Shown: positions 31,801-37,827 of the stretch, piece after piece
How the letters are laid out: the number at the start of each line of letters is the position of its first letter
Position numbering within the stretch: position 1 is the stretch's first letter
Virus record (IMG/VR): IMGVR_UViG_3300034104_002622
Span: 1 to 64,000 of that record
DNA: 64,000 nucleotides
Strand: one strand, 5' to 3'
DNA from: a virus
The notes under the pieces: generated by a model
Databases searched by the model: none
Told to the model about the DNA's origin: nothing
What the model saw: the letters and a program-made list of their open reading frames with translations, nothing else
Program-made: the position numbers and the translations under genes

Positions 31801-32904
31801 GCTTTATCTCGCTCTATTTTCATTACTGAATTGTTAGCTGAACTTCGATGGATGGAAAAGAACGGACAAATTGAAAAGGCTCCAAAGGACGAAATGGAAT
31901 TGATTGGCAGGAAGGATTTTAAAAACATTCCCATGGAAGCTGTTCAATACGCTGAGGCGAAAGTGAGCGATCACATGGGGGTTGCTGACCAAGCCAAGAA
32001 AGCAATGCCTTTCCAAAATCTCACTAGGTCTCCTTCGTGGAATGCCTTGATCCGCACCATATCTAGGTTCTCTAATCACCAAGCCTCCACTTCAAGCGGT
32101 ATGGCTGCTATGCTGCCGATGATCTGGAAGGCTGAGACAGGAGAGGATGGTAAGCTCACAATTGGTGGTCAGAGAGCGAGACAAGAAGCCATCGAGAACA
32201 TTACGGGAACGGTAATCCAAAACAGCTTGTTCCACATTATGAAGCTCAAGGTGCTTGTTCCAATTGTTTTGTCGGTGATTTACGGAATGGGTGACGACGA
32301 TGACGAGGAAGCTCAAGTTAGGGCTCAGGAGATGGCCGACAAATTAATGGCCCCGGACGAAGAGGGTAATCCAATAGTCAATGCGGCCAAAGCGGTGATT
32401 TTTGGAAAGCAGTCCCAATTTTTCAGGGACGAAAAAACACCCGAGGCTGCGGCGGCTTCGGCATATGCTTCGCTAGGATCGAGCATTGTGTCTGAAATAA
32501 TCCCTATGGCTCACCCGCTAACTGCGGCATTTGGGTTTTATCCTGCGCATTTTGCGTTTAAGGCAGCGATTACGAACCAGTTGATTCAAGATGCTACAGC
32601 AAAAATGACTGGATTAGATTCAGCACAAAGCAGATGGGAAGATGATGCGGTTTACATTTACGAGCGAGAAGAAGGTGGGGTGCAGACTGCTATGGGCATG
32701 ACTGCTCCTAGTTCTGTTGTTTACGACTTGGGTGCTGCGGCCGCATTATCAACAGAAGCTGCTTTCGCAGAAGAATCTAATGTCTTAGACATTATTGCTT
32801 ACATGATAAGCGAAGTCGTTCCGGTTACTCGTGAACTTCGCGGAAGGTTGAAGCAGAAGGTTGAAGAGTCTGTCTGGGAACAGCGTTCAGAAGATAATCG
32901 TTAG
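16843..32904 (+). CDS. Giant (5353 aa) internal virion / DNA-ejection polyvalent-type protein
   Basis: Uninterrupted 16-kb ORF; G/A-rich membrane-like N-terminal region; zincin HEMGH...E motif; last gene of the structural operon. Confidence 0.75.
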   Translation: MNFDNYDYGSNTDQLQEDQPIKAPVEFDFTDALGIVKADKWVGANQTRRIATVDKAFEKIVEQAESDKSRKIKWNRLGGNKELVEMPLFHSDGSWTSQGKEWLGQQRNYLEAAANDETGGMVVNPLSGEFEIASHLAPLLGRKQKQFDPFKDFDDIKQDVESEVVDGKPRDFTYEAFLERVNQGKDPDSPSAIDPDNKAMREQFESRKRLNDFDPSTMGNTPFLMKEGVPIFNPKMLNEPTKIESAIETSELSVADKKMALINFRDTYNKLGAGIVNEVSDADDMQMHKMPLNAIADIFGVDRNNISKRFRDHMAQEGGKGSLYTFIKENEAEFSGEQFGWADKLNNAFWNANRSTGGGALWLLTAGQNKGVNQFLSDSARSSDSAFEGMGGVENYRVLGMDFTNKGMYDMAGQVASMLATGGASLALKGGIKAAGTVAGATAGSLVPKAGVLGAAAKGVMASDEAILAATKALAPNTAKNLTIKALRDPSAYIGGLQASGMSFGSTFNQVMEETGDYDLATKKANIEGISSGLSAFIATSVFNRIAPGAEKMMTGVEGSLSGSIASRIAFAKASGSSATRKATIKAFEDLATDEVTRKLLSKGMAEAADKAAKQAGLKGFGPAAGVVSEFFEESTDTALNDVISAVLDDSKTWTDTVWDNIGEKFSEYMAAGVMGAFGGAMGESVGGLTSFSKASREQRAKAVKEHAFAKWETIKGNIDSFGESEIADKDGKFRPIAEFLAWDGATSEEKSKALVNAARERTGLQISLEGRAVAPVVAKPPEAVEKPKEGASIMDDLFESRPKDENGNDMEWQEAKITYGPEHKLVLGGKEVTMQQVDLPRDEGVGALITDADGKKTHISAAKAKKMLEESKPLKKGLRVGASPEMKQRAAMLERFSADSNPAQYAKKNETSKQSTTVDADNKQIAPPSETRSRDSAPPQDDGDSGIAGDGGAKQTRQSDIGAPTSTTLIPAAQKLLDEKVSEERLIELASWKKESGSLDPSNEQKTLNQIAAKAVLKSQGKWDDANNSPLAQTKSETPAPVSTEAAPEVKDTEEDPPFRPVNDPEEIAYRKNKTIAWAKNTESERGSNVGRKTIFEKIAALFDSSPKTGNKEEVLERLKKFGAMGHVSGWLNEDAIREDYRSGLKYIRGEVADSKGSEQKKLLFERMGITPDEFLSFINDHGGEEAYVEFIKAHEMGHIASGHRGQKTINQGDLLDDQHMGWETEANHWALETLGFYEWRKQQPNKPNEKQTENQGDEAKGPQVGKIHRPANSNGLTGDIVAKFAKDGNSIIVADNETAANNEIKRQGLEGRPVLVVNAATASNRAAVEDAIEDFQSGDKQLGSEVESNTPAMVDPLMEDPTAPKFFADISSLDTEDKFGGKWYKSGDTYTYTPTQGKVLPIGLNSVVAIDGEPDAVLLLVGEKDGVYEFRKVDYKVMAKTLGEDFKGYGKFSKDWNDNRLKEAGRHIEAHLDKLFSGKLSEKEFDSMLRKIMAVVAPGVRLESIAFEKLENGEFFVARRTTPKDGDGNATGLAQTKIVLDRQAFMANLAKVFRGYRTGQDAFYNKLVGNEVARQLAAHVDEELTHVVGMKEFKDIEVIGLFDELVALSRKGKQKFISSVFNQIAARRVKGKTLDSFTEDEKYMVGAETLRALNQILTTGSWTEEQTNDAKRLLFALNEDAAEAKGPLKTVIELLRRYMLKIRRMLHMRLLMGQLPPNLQAMLKRQETAYVRANLFGDVDMIKDKNAQEKMEMARESLLSSRKMIGKVAMKNTGALVELKRIVKTLNLNIEDIIEIDYRNGTIRLIDDSKKAFNGMSFQDLIKRYEPDVNLEDINKALSELEMEGSVFAIMQDLGLAYRALEAARNLTPDLLPILDDSYGLSVSEGDEEGATRSDKEDAAETEKYRVMQMLVAAAPAFDNGSAFIKRKMAEVDSLAKNDSLVLSQMNLDVIAVVAELDLGVANDAIKLSRIAEMVKYSPGQEVMDLNMAAPDFRKNLLKRLHERATINSTDSLNYDGESLIGVHRILFGKRPDYKPFVSTRMKRREMLEDLEAFRLAQMTEAQADRLQAEQLTPEQVKSLKLLRDAQVESAIAAGQYEQYGSSAFVERARLRARRMRSEAGVNMEVANRLYQDYLTYTKALDDYNKLATTAIREMIGEESLDTKGFGMSHQDYNYNMDELVSQKPENVIQVQKDMLARRRGKMFSEAEYETVTPVRAGLPKEQSHSIAHGYPYKDVAWNVANKDKSMTLITVTQSDPITPWFPKKEGDQPPSDSFKVTALPTSSNPLFKRGILSSAAFRGNINAMQFLQMLDRGITGDTAERYMATLGYVSEVVENEDFDDIQYESIDRILPRYAVSRLYAFQKEELYLGSSNGKNRALGIKDLNKTFGSNLDKNHPDYKNSIQSLIDSIRDYATKLSRSTNPDLTINDIDGLQTLAGRSAPVINDRASEVLKYLAEFEAEVNSISYAIRTAGEKATRNEMVGFSSRLFALFNTKTNSAFENLDVAIRLANVSSEIARQEANSFKRIIPNVIREKTRTARDAGYASSELFRETRDSMIDPVTLTNMKWWINRFGKDSLASVGGTWAIDLMERAGRIGFGTAGEMLVTDAAWVWTQAPVFEFDSNGDVVMEPLLDEDGKPVMEFYIEDGLQKIQPAMKFKAKLDEFGEPLTELRQVHIDMSDDDAIAYLISEKDNAGRAPISSNMNEIGSSVKDAKIGRSSSESKQSPYEKSLRQMDVERQLQKKFITEAGLLIGLRIGVDKSADDAQDFLNRLLALDSDSSSYNDVLRDGLSGLFGIDPSNVGELIGKFKDFQQGIFEIKSAPITSRTEEFVTQKKLDLFSPSGTIAENRIDPFSFLMEMIEFKSRFERDLIDAARVGSVDLETGELISGGRGDFRLTEALRTLSNHATAGGQNPQLRDDLAAMNESMIRKGRKTLFSEVGLAQTNQEEAAVIAKMLHDESLGKGEVYLYDANTFAKMGDQGIISTNETINLILQNIPDAILYKPTKQTKAKNEAYFGTRFFVPMDGSPPVIYVGDTSNQEDNRVLIEQALGYLTRQKTAEADLIAQRLIQTASSIRLALSPITHLEELIRGLGNKADSIDNFIRQYTDELALANPASMDGLDEAKKAELSGMIRAYFMKMQDIGLINTAQKAELNKITALLNETSPEDSRNSYSTERSLLSDSDQRAVERERDYIRLMAADPINDSISLIAEVWSNPEAKRLLDRVMIGDNIVNTLDSLSDQTLARGIQAVKQMGESNPEDQTIADHFDSVNSQEVAQDNLNEEGSEDIDNRDVDTWADEYDKALEQARKEAGEQSDLEKPQELSTEDKEKFLALVPSANNIRRFFRARLFDKAEFGPMDDKLAAIVEDYSQNGGLSPADALLFNTLMDVVSVQKTLQAPVIVDNNSDVTPGREILGDLGTRDGANPIVGNNEGSKWRGRRGERAPFVGAWHTLMTGRQNGRTAPTLVFERKRYQKFAGGFLDRVPFINEIIQTQAEKSINEAVDNYNEAKHKNLPNFISYPRAYVDIPLTQEVYEQIGSYLPTGKLAAAEAEVRENIQKMFKLRENAERQRDKAKAVIEEFENRALENPLFERIQQWQFQGNVRSMIEAQILDEAYNTALEVKSAAGGDTRLEKLLNTYATKSRFQSDRYKEVFNDIQQDAIRLRQLIANADALIEAEQEATGEIVKDRGVVYYADPKIFLQQKLLNSNIQKLNQIVNKDMESVWRLVIEDDNNAKSVFSENSKKFIKINEVEDLFKFRFGMLEDDLTRMFSRDGLRNVFLRPLVEQAVGGFGRETSSLASREMQMPTKTTAKKKSKEIEAVRLQAKRQRRKMISRLVNMIKQGSTRNEIKMYLTRQLEGRFNALESNANSPFNDSFRAMLDEISMPSDALVEILRYDEGVKSTEEAARLTKAENVLLKSERLLAQMNDPNVTVKSGGYFSRLAFNNTSDALAGIHTHIGSDQSLNPLGGRHKVPITMTFVPEDALSPMVTEMTRKDELAAYRSKWNKEFKDAANPYEFYIRQQAISRALSDYAEKADVLHRAIKQQETYINNYNPAAIIQQVTDTMAIQDRLSQERINRIKADSEGVSHHAVAPDVVALLAVPEEQSFYSVSNVKELNKLADKAKQKGLELSKAIDEVKGYETRIAQAKNKGQFMQADKLGVLLVKAKANRDGIADDLKTIGKRRVALRAARRVSRHTIPENMKERRELVAHLVNDGEWLLLGSITAAQDLKNRFVVQSGKAQSGESMMRDIVLSSVPEEDESEDGTVHLQNRMGFTSVYRNEAWTHTDFTSPAWSLAANSTRESASKQFAARYSSNVVERANRRLAERRNDPLARAGDEDRKIDTNNTFVKKQLEMFEFYVESIALAYDRNTLSGETRKRVFDFLKTLADGKIAQSNDAAESVDLIDLYASVVSEIEGPEAMKLLIAGIVPLSGPARFSMKALHHHESKLRMTFMKTHIAQMEARRLHGYLEHGFDLKSGRNTHTNEFNKAKAKLEEKAKLLGLDSLQQSIPYVIASLKGLTKTRSASLAGNLSMWASDFQTGSRDLKQLFDSQNELAAGQKFGKIRKYFTAEHVDVIRDYAMVKEVYETIRPILRDVGTSPSGTDKNAHALELINKAIAALEEKIPANLQQASKDYSDTLGTTFKGLSDASELTLIMMSHPDATPDEGQAYQKWLHGGLRGDATFVTTVPLRYGHAANPKSIGKSFEPRQYKEDPLEEVGMMSLSLLGGPGKQARTRKDNEDAQTYRPINLNGLSGTIALLDDTLYRLNVTPTYSILRKIVGKEEVNQRNQGEVVGSKVMAKLGDSPEGEIARKWRVALGAISEEMDIKVANDMKFGVANTAFSETLNYLSSLMMVRSLFSFQQFWNQSGPSVLGYIVKKSVTGNYKDAIQMVRLLSKIIASKAGGDSQFNDEAKQFVANVATWVNFRGADGIDKLDQLRRKQVRHGAGLGKKWSGYALNQITNLGEKSLDFSIAKVERALSRSIFITELLAELRWMEKNGQIEKAPKDEMELIGRKDFKNIPMEAVQYAEAKVSDHMGVADQAKKAMPFQNLTRSPSWNALIRTISRFSNHQASTSSGMAAMLPMIWKAETGEDGKLTIGGQRARQEAIENITGTVIQNSLFHIMKLKVLVPIVLSVIYGMGDDDDEEAQVRAQEMADKLMAPDEEGNPIVNAAKAVIFGKQSQFFRDEKTPEAAAASAYASLGSSIVSEIIPMAHPLTAAFGFYPAHFAFKAAITNQLIQDATAKMTGLDSAQSRWEDDAVYIYEREEGGVQTAMGMTAPSSVVYDLGAAAALSTEAAFAEESNVLDIIAYMISEVVPVTRELRGRLKQKVEESVWEQRSEDNR

Positions 32905-32915
32905 CCTAGACTAAA

Positions 32916-33161
32916 TCACCAAGTTGAAACATCTGGAATTGGAACGGAGAAAACCGAACCTTCTCCACCCACTACTAAGTCAATAACCTCGATGTTACTG
33001 CATAGTCCGTGGTCAATGTAGGTGTATTTCCACCTGCTCATGGAGTTGACGCAATTGTCGTAATCGTGATCAGGGCGTGTAGCCATCCATTGTTTGACTA
33101 AGTGAACGTCTTCTTTGTGGATTAGGCGAGGCAGGGTTATTGGGATGCTGGTTGCTTTCAT
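32916..33161 (-). CDS. Hypothetical protein
   Basis: Last gene of the minus-strand block; likely start MKATSI. Confidence 0.55.
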   Translation of the reverse strand: MKATSIPITLPRLIHKEDVHLVKQWMATRPDHDYDNCVNSMSRWKYTYIDHGLCSNIEVIDLVVGGEGSVFSVPIPDVSTW

Positions 33162-33163
33162 AA

Positions 33164-33478
33164 TTACCGATGGAACGAGGAACTTAAGTGCCAGCTTTTG
33201 CAAGTGTCGCAAAAATACTGCCTAAGCTTTCCTACATTGGCTGAGTTGCGAAGTCTGTGCTTGGCTCCAGCTTTTGCGTTAGACTCACTAGAGTAGCACA
33301 CTTTATTGCATTCGTTGTCGAGACGGACTCCTGATCGCGTTTCAATCTCAACTCCTTCCATTTCAGCCAACATCCTAGCTTCTTCTATGCTGGTAGGTGG
33401 AGCCCCAGCGTCTTCTCCTAGTAATTCTAGGAGGCGCTTTTTGGATTCGGCTTTTTTTTTGCCGGGGCTTATTTTCAT
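33164..33478 (-). CDS. Small Zn-finger protein
   Basis: C...K.Y and YFCDTCKSWHLSS motifs. Confidence 0.7.
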   Translation of the reverse strand: MKISPGKKKAESKKRLLELLGEDAGAPPTSIEEARMLAEMEGVEIETRSGVRLDNECNKVCYSSESNAKAGAKHRLRNSANVGKLRQYFCDTCKSWHLSSSFHR

Positions 33479-34035
33479 TGCAGGGCTTTTATGAGCTCTT
33501 CCAGACGTGTAATCCTGAGATTTAAGATCGCACAGGTTTTAAGAGGCAGGTTTCTAGCTTTCTGAGATAGCCATTTAATAGCATCTACGGCCTGTTCTAG
33601 GCGCTCTACGGAGTCTTTGGGTAGATTGTAGCTGAATTGAATTGAACTGGCTTTAGGGGCATCCTCAGCTTCAGCAACAGACTCCTCTAGGGACATTGCT
33701 GCTTTATCTGTTTCGACAACCTTAATATCATCAATCGAATGCCAGTATCCGGGTTTAATTGCAGTTTCTTGGGTCTCTCCTTGCGCTAGAGGCACGTTGT
33801 TTGCTTTTGGAGCATAGGGCTCCCACTCATCTGCGTCTAGGTTGCTATTTGTTGGTGGAGGCAAATGGATTCCATCGTCATCATGACTTTGAAAATCTGC
33901 TGCTTTTATGGTTTCGTTTACTGGTTGTGTTTCAAGAACCTCTTTAAACATTGCTGCTTCCTTTTTAGCTTTTTTATTGGCTAGGTAACGTTTGTTTGAT
34001 TCGGCCTTGGTCATTGCTTTTTTTCTTGCTGGCAT
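33475..34035 (-). CDS. Hypothetical protein
   Basis: 186 aa, ATGA-coupled to the next gene. Confidence 0.7.
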   Translation of the reverse strand: MPARKKAMTKAESNKRYLANKKAKKEAAMFKEVLETQPVNETIKAADFQSHDDDGIHLPPPTNSNLDADEWEPYAPKANNVPLAQGETQETAIKPGYWHSIDDIKVVETDKAAMSLEESVAEAEDAPKASSIQFSYNLPKDSVERLEQAVDAIKWLSQKARNLPLKTCAILNLRITRLEELIKALQ

Positions 34036-34053
34036 TGTTTTATTTTATTTGAA

Positions 34054-34710
34054 TTATTGTTTGATTCCTTTGTGTTCGTCTCCTTCAAGTGTTGCCTTAA
34101 AGCCTATGTTTCCTGCTACATGAAATAGAATGATTCCTTCTGGTTTCATAAAGCCCGGTGCTGCTACACTTCCATTAGTTCTTAGTAGCTCTAGGCATTG
34201 TTCTGCTTTATATGTATCAAACAGTCCTTGATAGATAACTGGGACTAGATGGCAGCACTCTGGAAGGACTTCTTGCATTTTCACAATGCGTGGATCAGCA
34301 GTTGGTATTTGTTTAGGTTCTGTTCCATGGAGCACCCAACGCTGCGTATTAAATAGGCTGAAACGCTTTTCTTTCATCCCATATTTTCTTTGGATGCCTT
34401 GTCCCCACCATTCGCCAAAATGTTGACCAACTCCAAGATTGATAAGCTCATCTCTGTTTTGATTTACCCATGCGGCAAATTCAAAGTTGTCATCACTTGG
34501 CGTGATCCATCTATTTCGGCTTCCGGCGCGAATAGTTAAATCGCCAACAATAGCAATGATACCTTGGGAATCCCAAGATTCGGAACCTTTTTCATCAACA
34601 GTTGTTTTAGTAATCATAATGGAAGCATTTGTTCCATCAATTTTTTCACTTATGATTACTTCCCTTAAAAGGCGCGGCATTTTGGGAAACCCTTTGAATT
34701 CTAATTTCAT
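34054..34710 (-). CDS. RNA ligase (Rnl2-like nucleotidyltransferase domain)
   Basis: Motif I SEKIDGTN, GSRNR, FGEWWG, FSLF, motif IV PEGII, motif V FK. Confidence 0.85.
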   Translation of the reverse strand: MKLEFKGFPKMPRLLREVIISEKIDGTNASIMITKTTVDEKGSESWDSQGIIAIVGDLTIRAGSRNRWITPSDDNFEFAAWVNQNRDELINLGVGQHFGEWWGQGIQRKYGMKEKRFSLFNTQRWVLHGTEPKQIPTADPRIVKMQEVLPECCHLVPVIYQGLFDTYKAEQCLELLRTNGSVAAPGFMKPEGIILFHVAGNIGFKATLEGDEHKGIKQ

Positions 34711-34774
34711 ATATATTTGTATGTGTTGAGATTTTGGTATTTAACTGAAATGTTTTTTAACTTGTTACCTTAGA

Positions 34775-35158
34775 CTACTGGCAGGATTCGCACACTTCAC
34801 CATCAGTGCAAGTGCGTTCTGGAAGCGGATCATTAAAGTCGTCGTCAGGTAAGTCTTTAACAAATGCGCCATCTACAATCTTGCCAGTGCGTTCTTTGAT
34901 TTCATTGTATGCGCTGAGAAGGCAGTCTTCAAACTTTACTCCAGCCAATTCAGAAAGTAGAATTAGAACAACTGTGCAGTCACCGACCGCATCTACAAGT
35001 TCATCATGGTTAGGAATGGCAATCGCGACATTGAGTTCTTCGACTTCTTCGAGCAGCTTAACAAATTGAGTTTGTGTAGTTGCTTTTGCATTTGTTCCGA
35101 TAATGTTGCGTTCTTCACCCCATGTGCGGATGGCTTCGATTAGTTCTTGTGTTGTCAT
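34775..35158 (-). CDS. MazG-like NTP pyrophosphohydrolase
   Basis: KLLEEVEEL...DAVGD...AYNEIKERTG...FVK signature. Confidence 0.85.
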   Translation of the reverse strand: MTTQELIEAIRTWGEERNIIGTNAKATTQTQFVKLLEEVEELNVAIAIPNHDELVDAVGDCTVVLILLSELAGVKFEDCLLSAYNEIKERTGKIVDGAFVKDLPDDDFNDPLPERTCTDGEVCESCQ

Positions 35159-35171
35159 TTTTGTTTATTGT

Positions 35172-35459
35172 TTAGAGTTGGATTTCGTCAGAAAAAATAT
35201 TGAGGTCTTCTGCGTTGCGTTGGATTTCAGATGCAATTCCGAGAAGGCGTTCTACAAATTGTGAATTAGTTAATTGGTTTTTATCTTTATCAGTGGCAGG
35301 ATAAGCAGGAGACGTGATTCGGATTTTATCTGTTTTTATTCCAATTCGAGTAACTGCTTCGGCAAGAATAGTTAATAAGTGGTCGATTTCACGAAACGCT
35401 TTTTCTGCTGGTGATTGGGATTCTGTTACACATTCTCCTTTGTATTGTTGTGTGTTCAT
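35172..35459 (-). CDS. Hypothetical protein
   Basis: Likely start MNTQQY after an A-rich leader. Confidence 0.6.
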   Translation of the reverse strand: MNTQQYKGECVTESQSPAEKAFREIDHLLTILAEAVTRIGIKTDKIRITSPAYPATDKDKNQLTNSQFVERLLGIASEIQRNAEDLNIFSDEIQL

Positions 35460-35599
35460 TTTTGTTTTTGTTGTTGTTTGGTTAATTTGGTTGAATTTAA
35501 AACTTGTGTGTGATGGCGCTAGCTGGTCAGGCCAATTGTCTGAGTTGAACATCTCCCTTGCTGCCCATGAGTAAACTGATTCGATTCCGTTCCATTCTT

Positions 35600-35857
35600 T
35601 CATAATTGCTGGTTGGTTTCTATTCTGTTTTTGAGATAAGCGCGTGATCCTATAATCGGCCTTAGCATAGCTCGGCAGTTGCGGATTTCCTGTGCGGTAA
35701 GTTCCCCCATTCGGAGACGTAACTCGCTGTCTGACATGTGCAGCCACTCCCAGCAACGGGAATGCACCGCTTCCATCTCATCCACTTCCACGGAGGAGAG
35801 CTTGAGCTTGATGTATTTCTTCCCGATTTTGCCGTAGAGGGGTCCTTCGTATTTCAT
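35600..35857 (-). CDS. Hypothetical protein
   Basis: 85 aa; ELRLRMGELTAQEIR motif; ATGA-coupled. Confidence 0.65.
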   Translation of the reverse strand: MKYEGPLYGKIGKKYIKLKLSSVEVDEMEAVHSRCWEWLHMSDSELRLRMGELTAQEIRNCRAMLRPIIGSRAYLKNRIETNQQL

Positions 35858-36111
35858 GGCTTGATTTTATTTATGAACCGAAGGGCTCGTTCTCCAGCTT
35901 GATGAGCTTTGTTCCAAGTTCTGAACTTCTTTTTGAAGCGGCGATCCCCAAAGTCTCCTTTGCTGGCGAAGTAGCGGAACGAAACGGTAAACCCGTCATT
36001 TTGACCTACGTAATCAGCACCGGGGGAAACAAAGGGGCAAACTGTATTGTCCCACTCAAGATACCCGCCATAAGGCAATATCCATGTCCATTTATGTCTC
36101 AGGATTCTCAT
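35854..36111 (-). CDS. Hypothetical protein
   Basis: 85 aa, coupled on both sides. Confidence 0.6.
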   Translation of the reverse strand: MRILRHKWTWILPYGGYLEWDNTVCPFVSPGADYVGQNDGFTVSFRYFASKGDFGDRRFKKKFRTWNKAHQAGERALRFINKIKP

Positions 36112-36626
36112 TAGTCAGGGCTAAATTGTTTCAGGATTATAAGAGGATAGAAGCATGGGAAAGGCCACCTAGCTACCAACCCCACTGCGTCTGCATAGGT
36201 GAAGACTTTACTGTTACGTCCTTTCCAGAGGAGGCCTTGTTCTTGAGCCCACAGGGGGTTTTCATGGACTTTGCGGTGACATTGGCTATGGAGCAACACG
36301 GTGAAGCAGAACGCTGTTTTACGTCGTCCGGCCGGATGGTGTCTTTCCATTGTGGAGGACTGGGCTTTAACCCCGCAGACGGCACAAATGGCTTCAGTTG
36401 GTAGCAACGCACCACTTGCCCTGTAATCGGATTCAAGTTTGGCTCTCCTACAAGCGGCATCACTCTTGTTCTTTGTAGGTGTCGAAGCGGGCTTGTTCGG
36501 TTTCTTCTTCACTTGGGCTGAAGAGTTTAGCAAATCCCCCAATGCCTTGTTCCACGAGGGCTTTTTGTGCTGCTTGCTCTGCTTCAATGTTGAGAAATTC
36601 TTCGAGAGCTTTTTGGGAGTATTCAT
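36111..36626 (-). CDS. HNH-like nuclease/Zn-binding protein
   Basis: CAVCG...ERHH...R...CHRKVH pattern. Confidence 0.65.
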   Translation of the reverse strand: MNTPKKLSKNFSTLKQSKQHKKPSWNKALGDLLNSSAQVKKKPNKPASTPTKNKSDAACRRAKLESDYRASGALLPTEAICAVCGVKAQSSTMERHHPAGRRKTAFCFTVLLHSQCHRKVHENPLWAQEQGLLWKGRNSKVFTYADAVGLVARWPFPCFYPLIILKQFSPD

Positions 36627-36798
36627 GTATGATAGAAAGTTCTAAGAATTCTTTTCCACGGTTTGGTGTTGCCATCGCTATACGAGCTATTACTAGCCCC
36701 ATTGCTTGTTGGATAGTTTTATAATCAGGCTCTTCATGAAACAAAGGCCCTAAAGCGTATGTCATGGATTCGACTAGGTTGTGTGTTTTACTTAACAT
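36460..36798 (-). CDS. Hypothetical protein
   Basis: 112 aa, protein-like composition; overlaps the next gene by 167 nt. Confidence 0.55.
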   Translation of the reverse strand: MLSKTHNLVESMTYALGPLFHEEPDYKTIQQAMGLVIARIAMATPNRGKEFLELSIIHEYSQKALEEFLNIEAEQAAQKALVEQGIGGFAKLFSPSEEETEQARFDTYKEQE

Positions 36799-37045
36799 AT
36801 TTTTGATTAAATTCGTTTTCTAGTTTTTTTGCAGTTGTTAAAGCGCATACATAATTGTCTGAGTCTTTTATTCCTACAAGCTTTTTAAGCTCAAGAGATA
36901 AACAACTTAAACAAATATTGCTACCGCGAGCGTTATTGCCACATTTCTTTTCACAATAACCCCATGTTGAAATTCCTTCGTATGCTTGATAATGAATTTC
37001 ACTAATTAAAGCTTTTAACTTTTGATGCTTTTCTTTTTTAGTCAT
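36788..37045 (-). CDS. Small Cys-rich protein
   Basis: CxxxC...CxxC. Confidence 0.55.
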   Translation of the reverse strand: MTKKEKHQKLKALISEIHYQAYEGISTWGYCEKKCGNNARGSNICLSCLSLELKKLVGIKDSDNYVCALTTAKKLENEFNQKYVK

Positions 37046-37262
37046 TGTTATTTTTGCTTTCTGGGGGGCATTGGTATCCACATTTTTTACACCAGTTCAT
37101 TTCTGTGTGATACGGAGCAAGATGATCCATCTTATGATACCATTTACCACAAAGGCAAATAGCAATTTCTGAACCAGTCCATTTTTCATTTACTTCTAAC
37201 CATGCTTTTGTATCAGCGGGAATCCTTCCTACAGGTCGCTTAATATTATTCTTTGGTTTCAT
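37038..37262 (-). CDS. Small Zn-ribbon protein
   Basis: CxCG...CxxCG. Confidence 0.6.
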   Translation of the reverse strand: MKPKNNIKRPVGRIPADTKAWLEVNEKWTGSEIAICLCGKWYHKMDHLAPYHTEMNWCKKCGYQCPPESKNNND

Positions 37263-37291
37263 TTTAATTGATAATGAAATTGGTTATGCTT

Positions 37292-37516
37292 TTAATTGTC
37301 GTAGTAGTCGCGCTGCGGTGGGTCTTGGATAATCATCTCGTATACTTCGTCACGCTCATCGTCGGTTAGCTCAATTCTATCGCCGTCAACGTGTGCTCCA
37401 ATGATTTCGACGTTAGCGTGTTCCTCCGGCTGCAAGTGGGTTGCAGGTGTGCCAGAGAAATAGTGAACCTTGACTTCAATCTCAACCTCGCGGATTATTG
37501 TAACTGTCGTTCTCAT
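37292..37516 (-). CDS. Hypothetical protein
   Basis: 74-aa acidic ORF. Confidence 0.65.
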   Translation of the reverse strand: MRTTVTIIREVEIEVKVHYFSGTPATHLQPEEHANVEIIGAHVDGDRIELTDDERDEVYEMIIQDPPQRDYYDN

Positions 37517-37616
37517 AGATTGGTTTCTATAGTAAATTGTGGAACGTTTTTTGGGATGCGTTACCTTTCCCCTTTGCCCCTGCTCGTCGGGTCATCCCAA
37601 TCTGCGAGGAAATTGT

Positions 37617-37814
37617 TTATTGGGCAAACTCATCCATCCAGAATGTTGTAGGCTTTACAGTTTGAGTTATTCCTACGCACATAAGGATTTCAAATGCGTC
37701 TCCTTTGTGCTGTTCTGATAGGCGCAGCGACTCTTTATGAGCTGATGCTATGGTGTTGTGTTTTACTGTTGCTTTTTGTCCGTCTGTTTTTTGCACGTAG
37801 TAGTATGGTTTCAT
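37617..37814 (-). CDS. Hypothetical protein
   Basis: 65 aa; HxTxxSAxxExxRL pattern. Confidence 0.65.
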   Translation of the reverse strand: MKPYYYVQKTDGQKATVKHNTIASAHKESLRLSEQHKGDAFEILMCVGITQTVKPTTFWMDEFAQ

Positions 37815-37827
37815 ATAGTTTTGTTTT

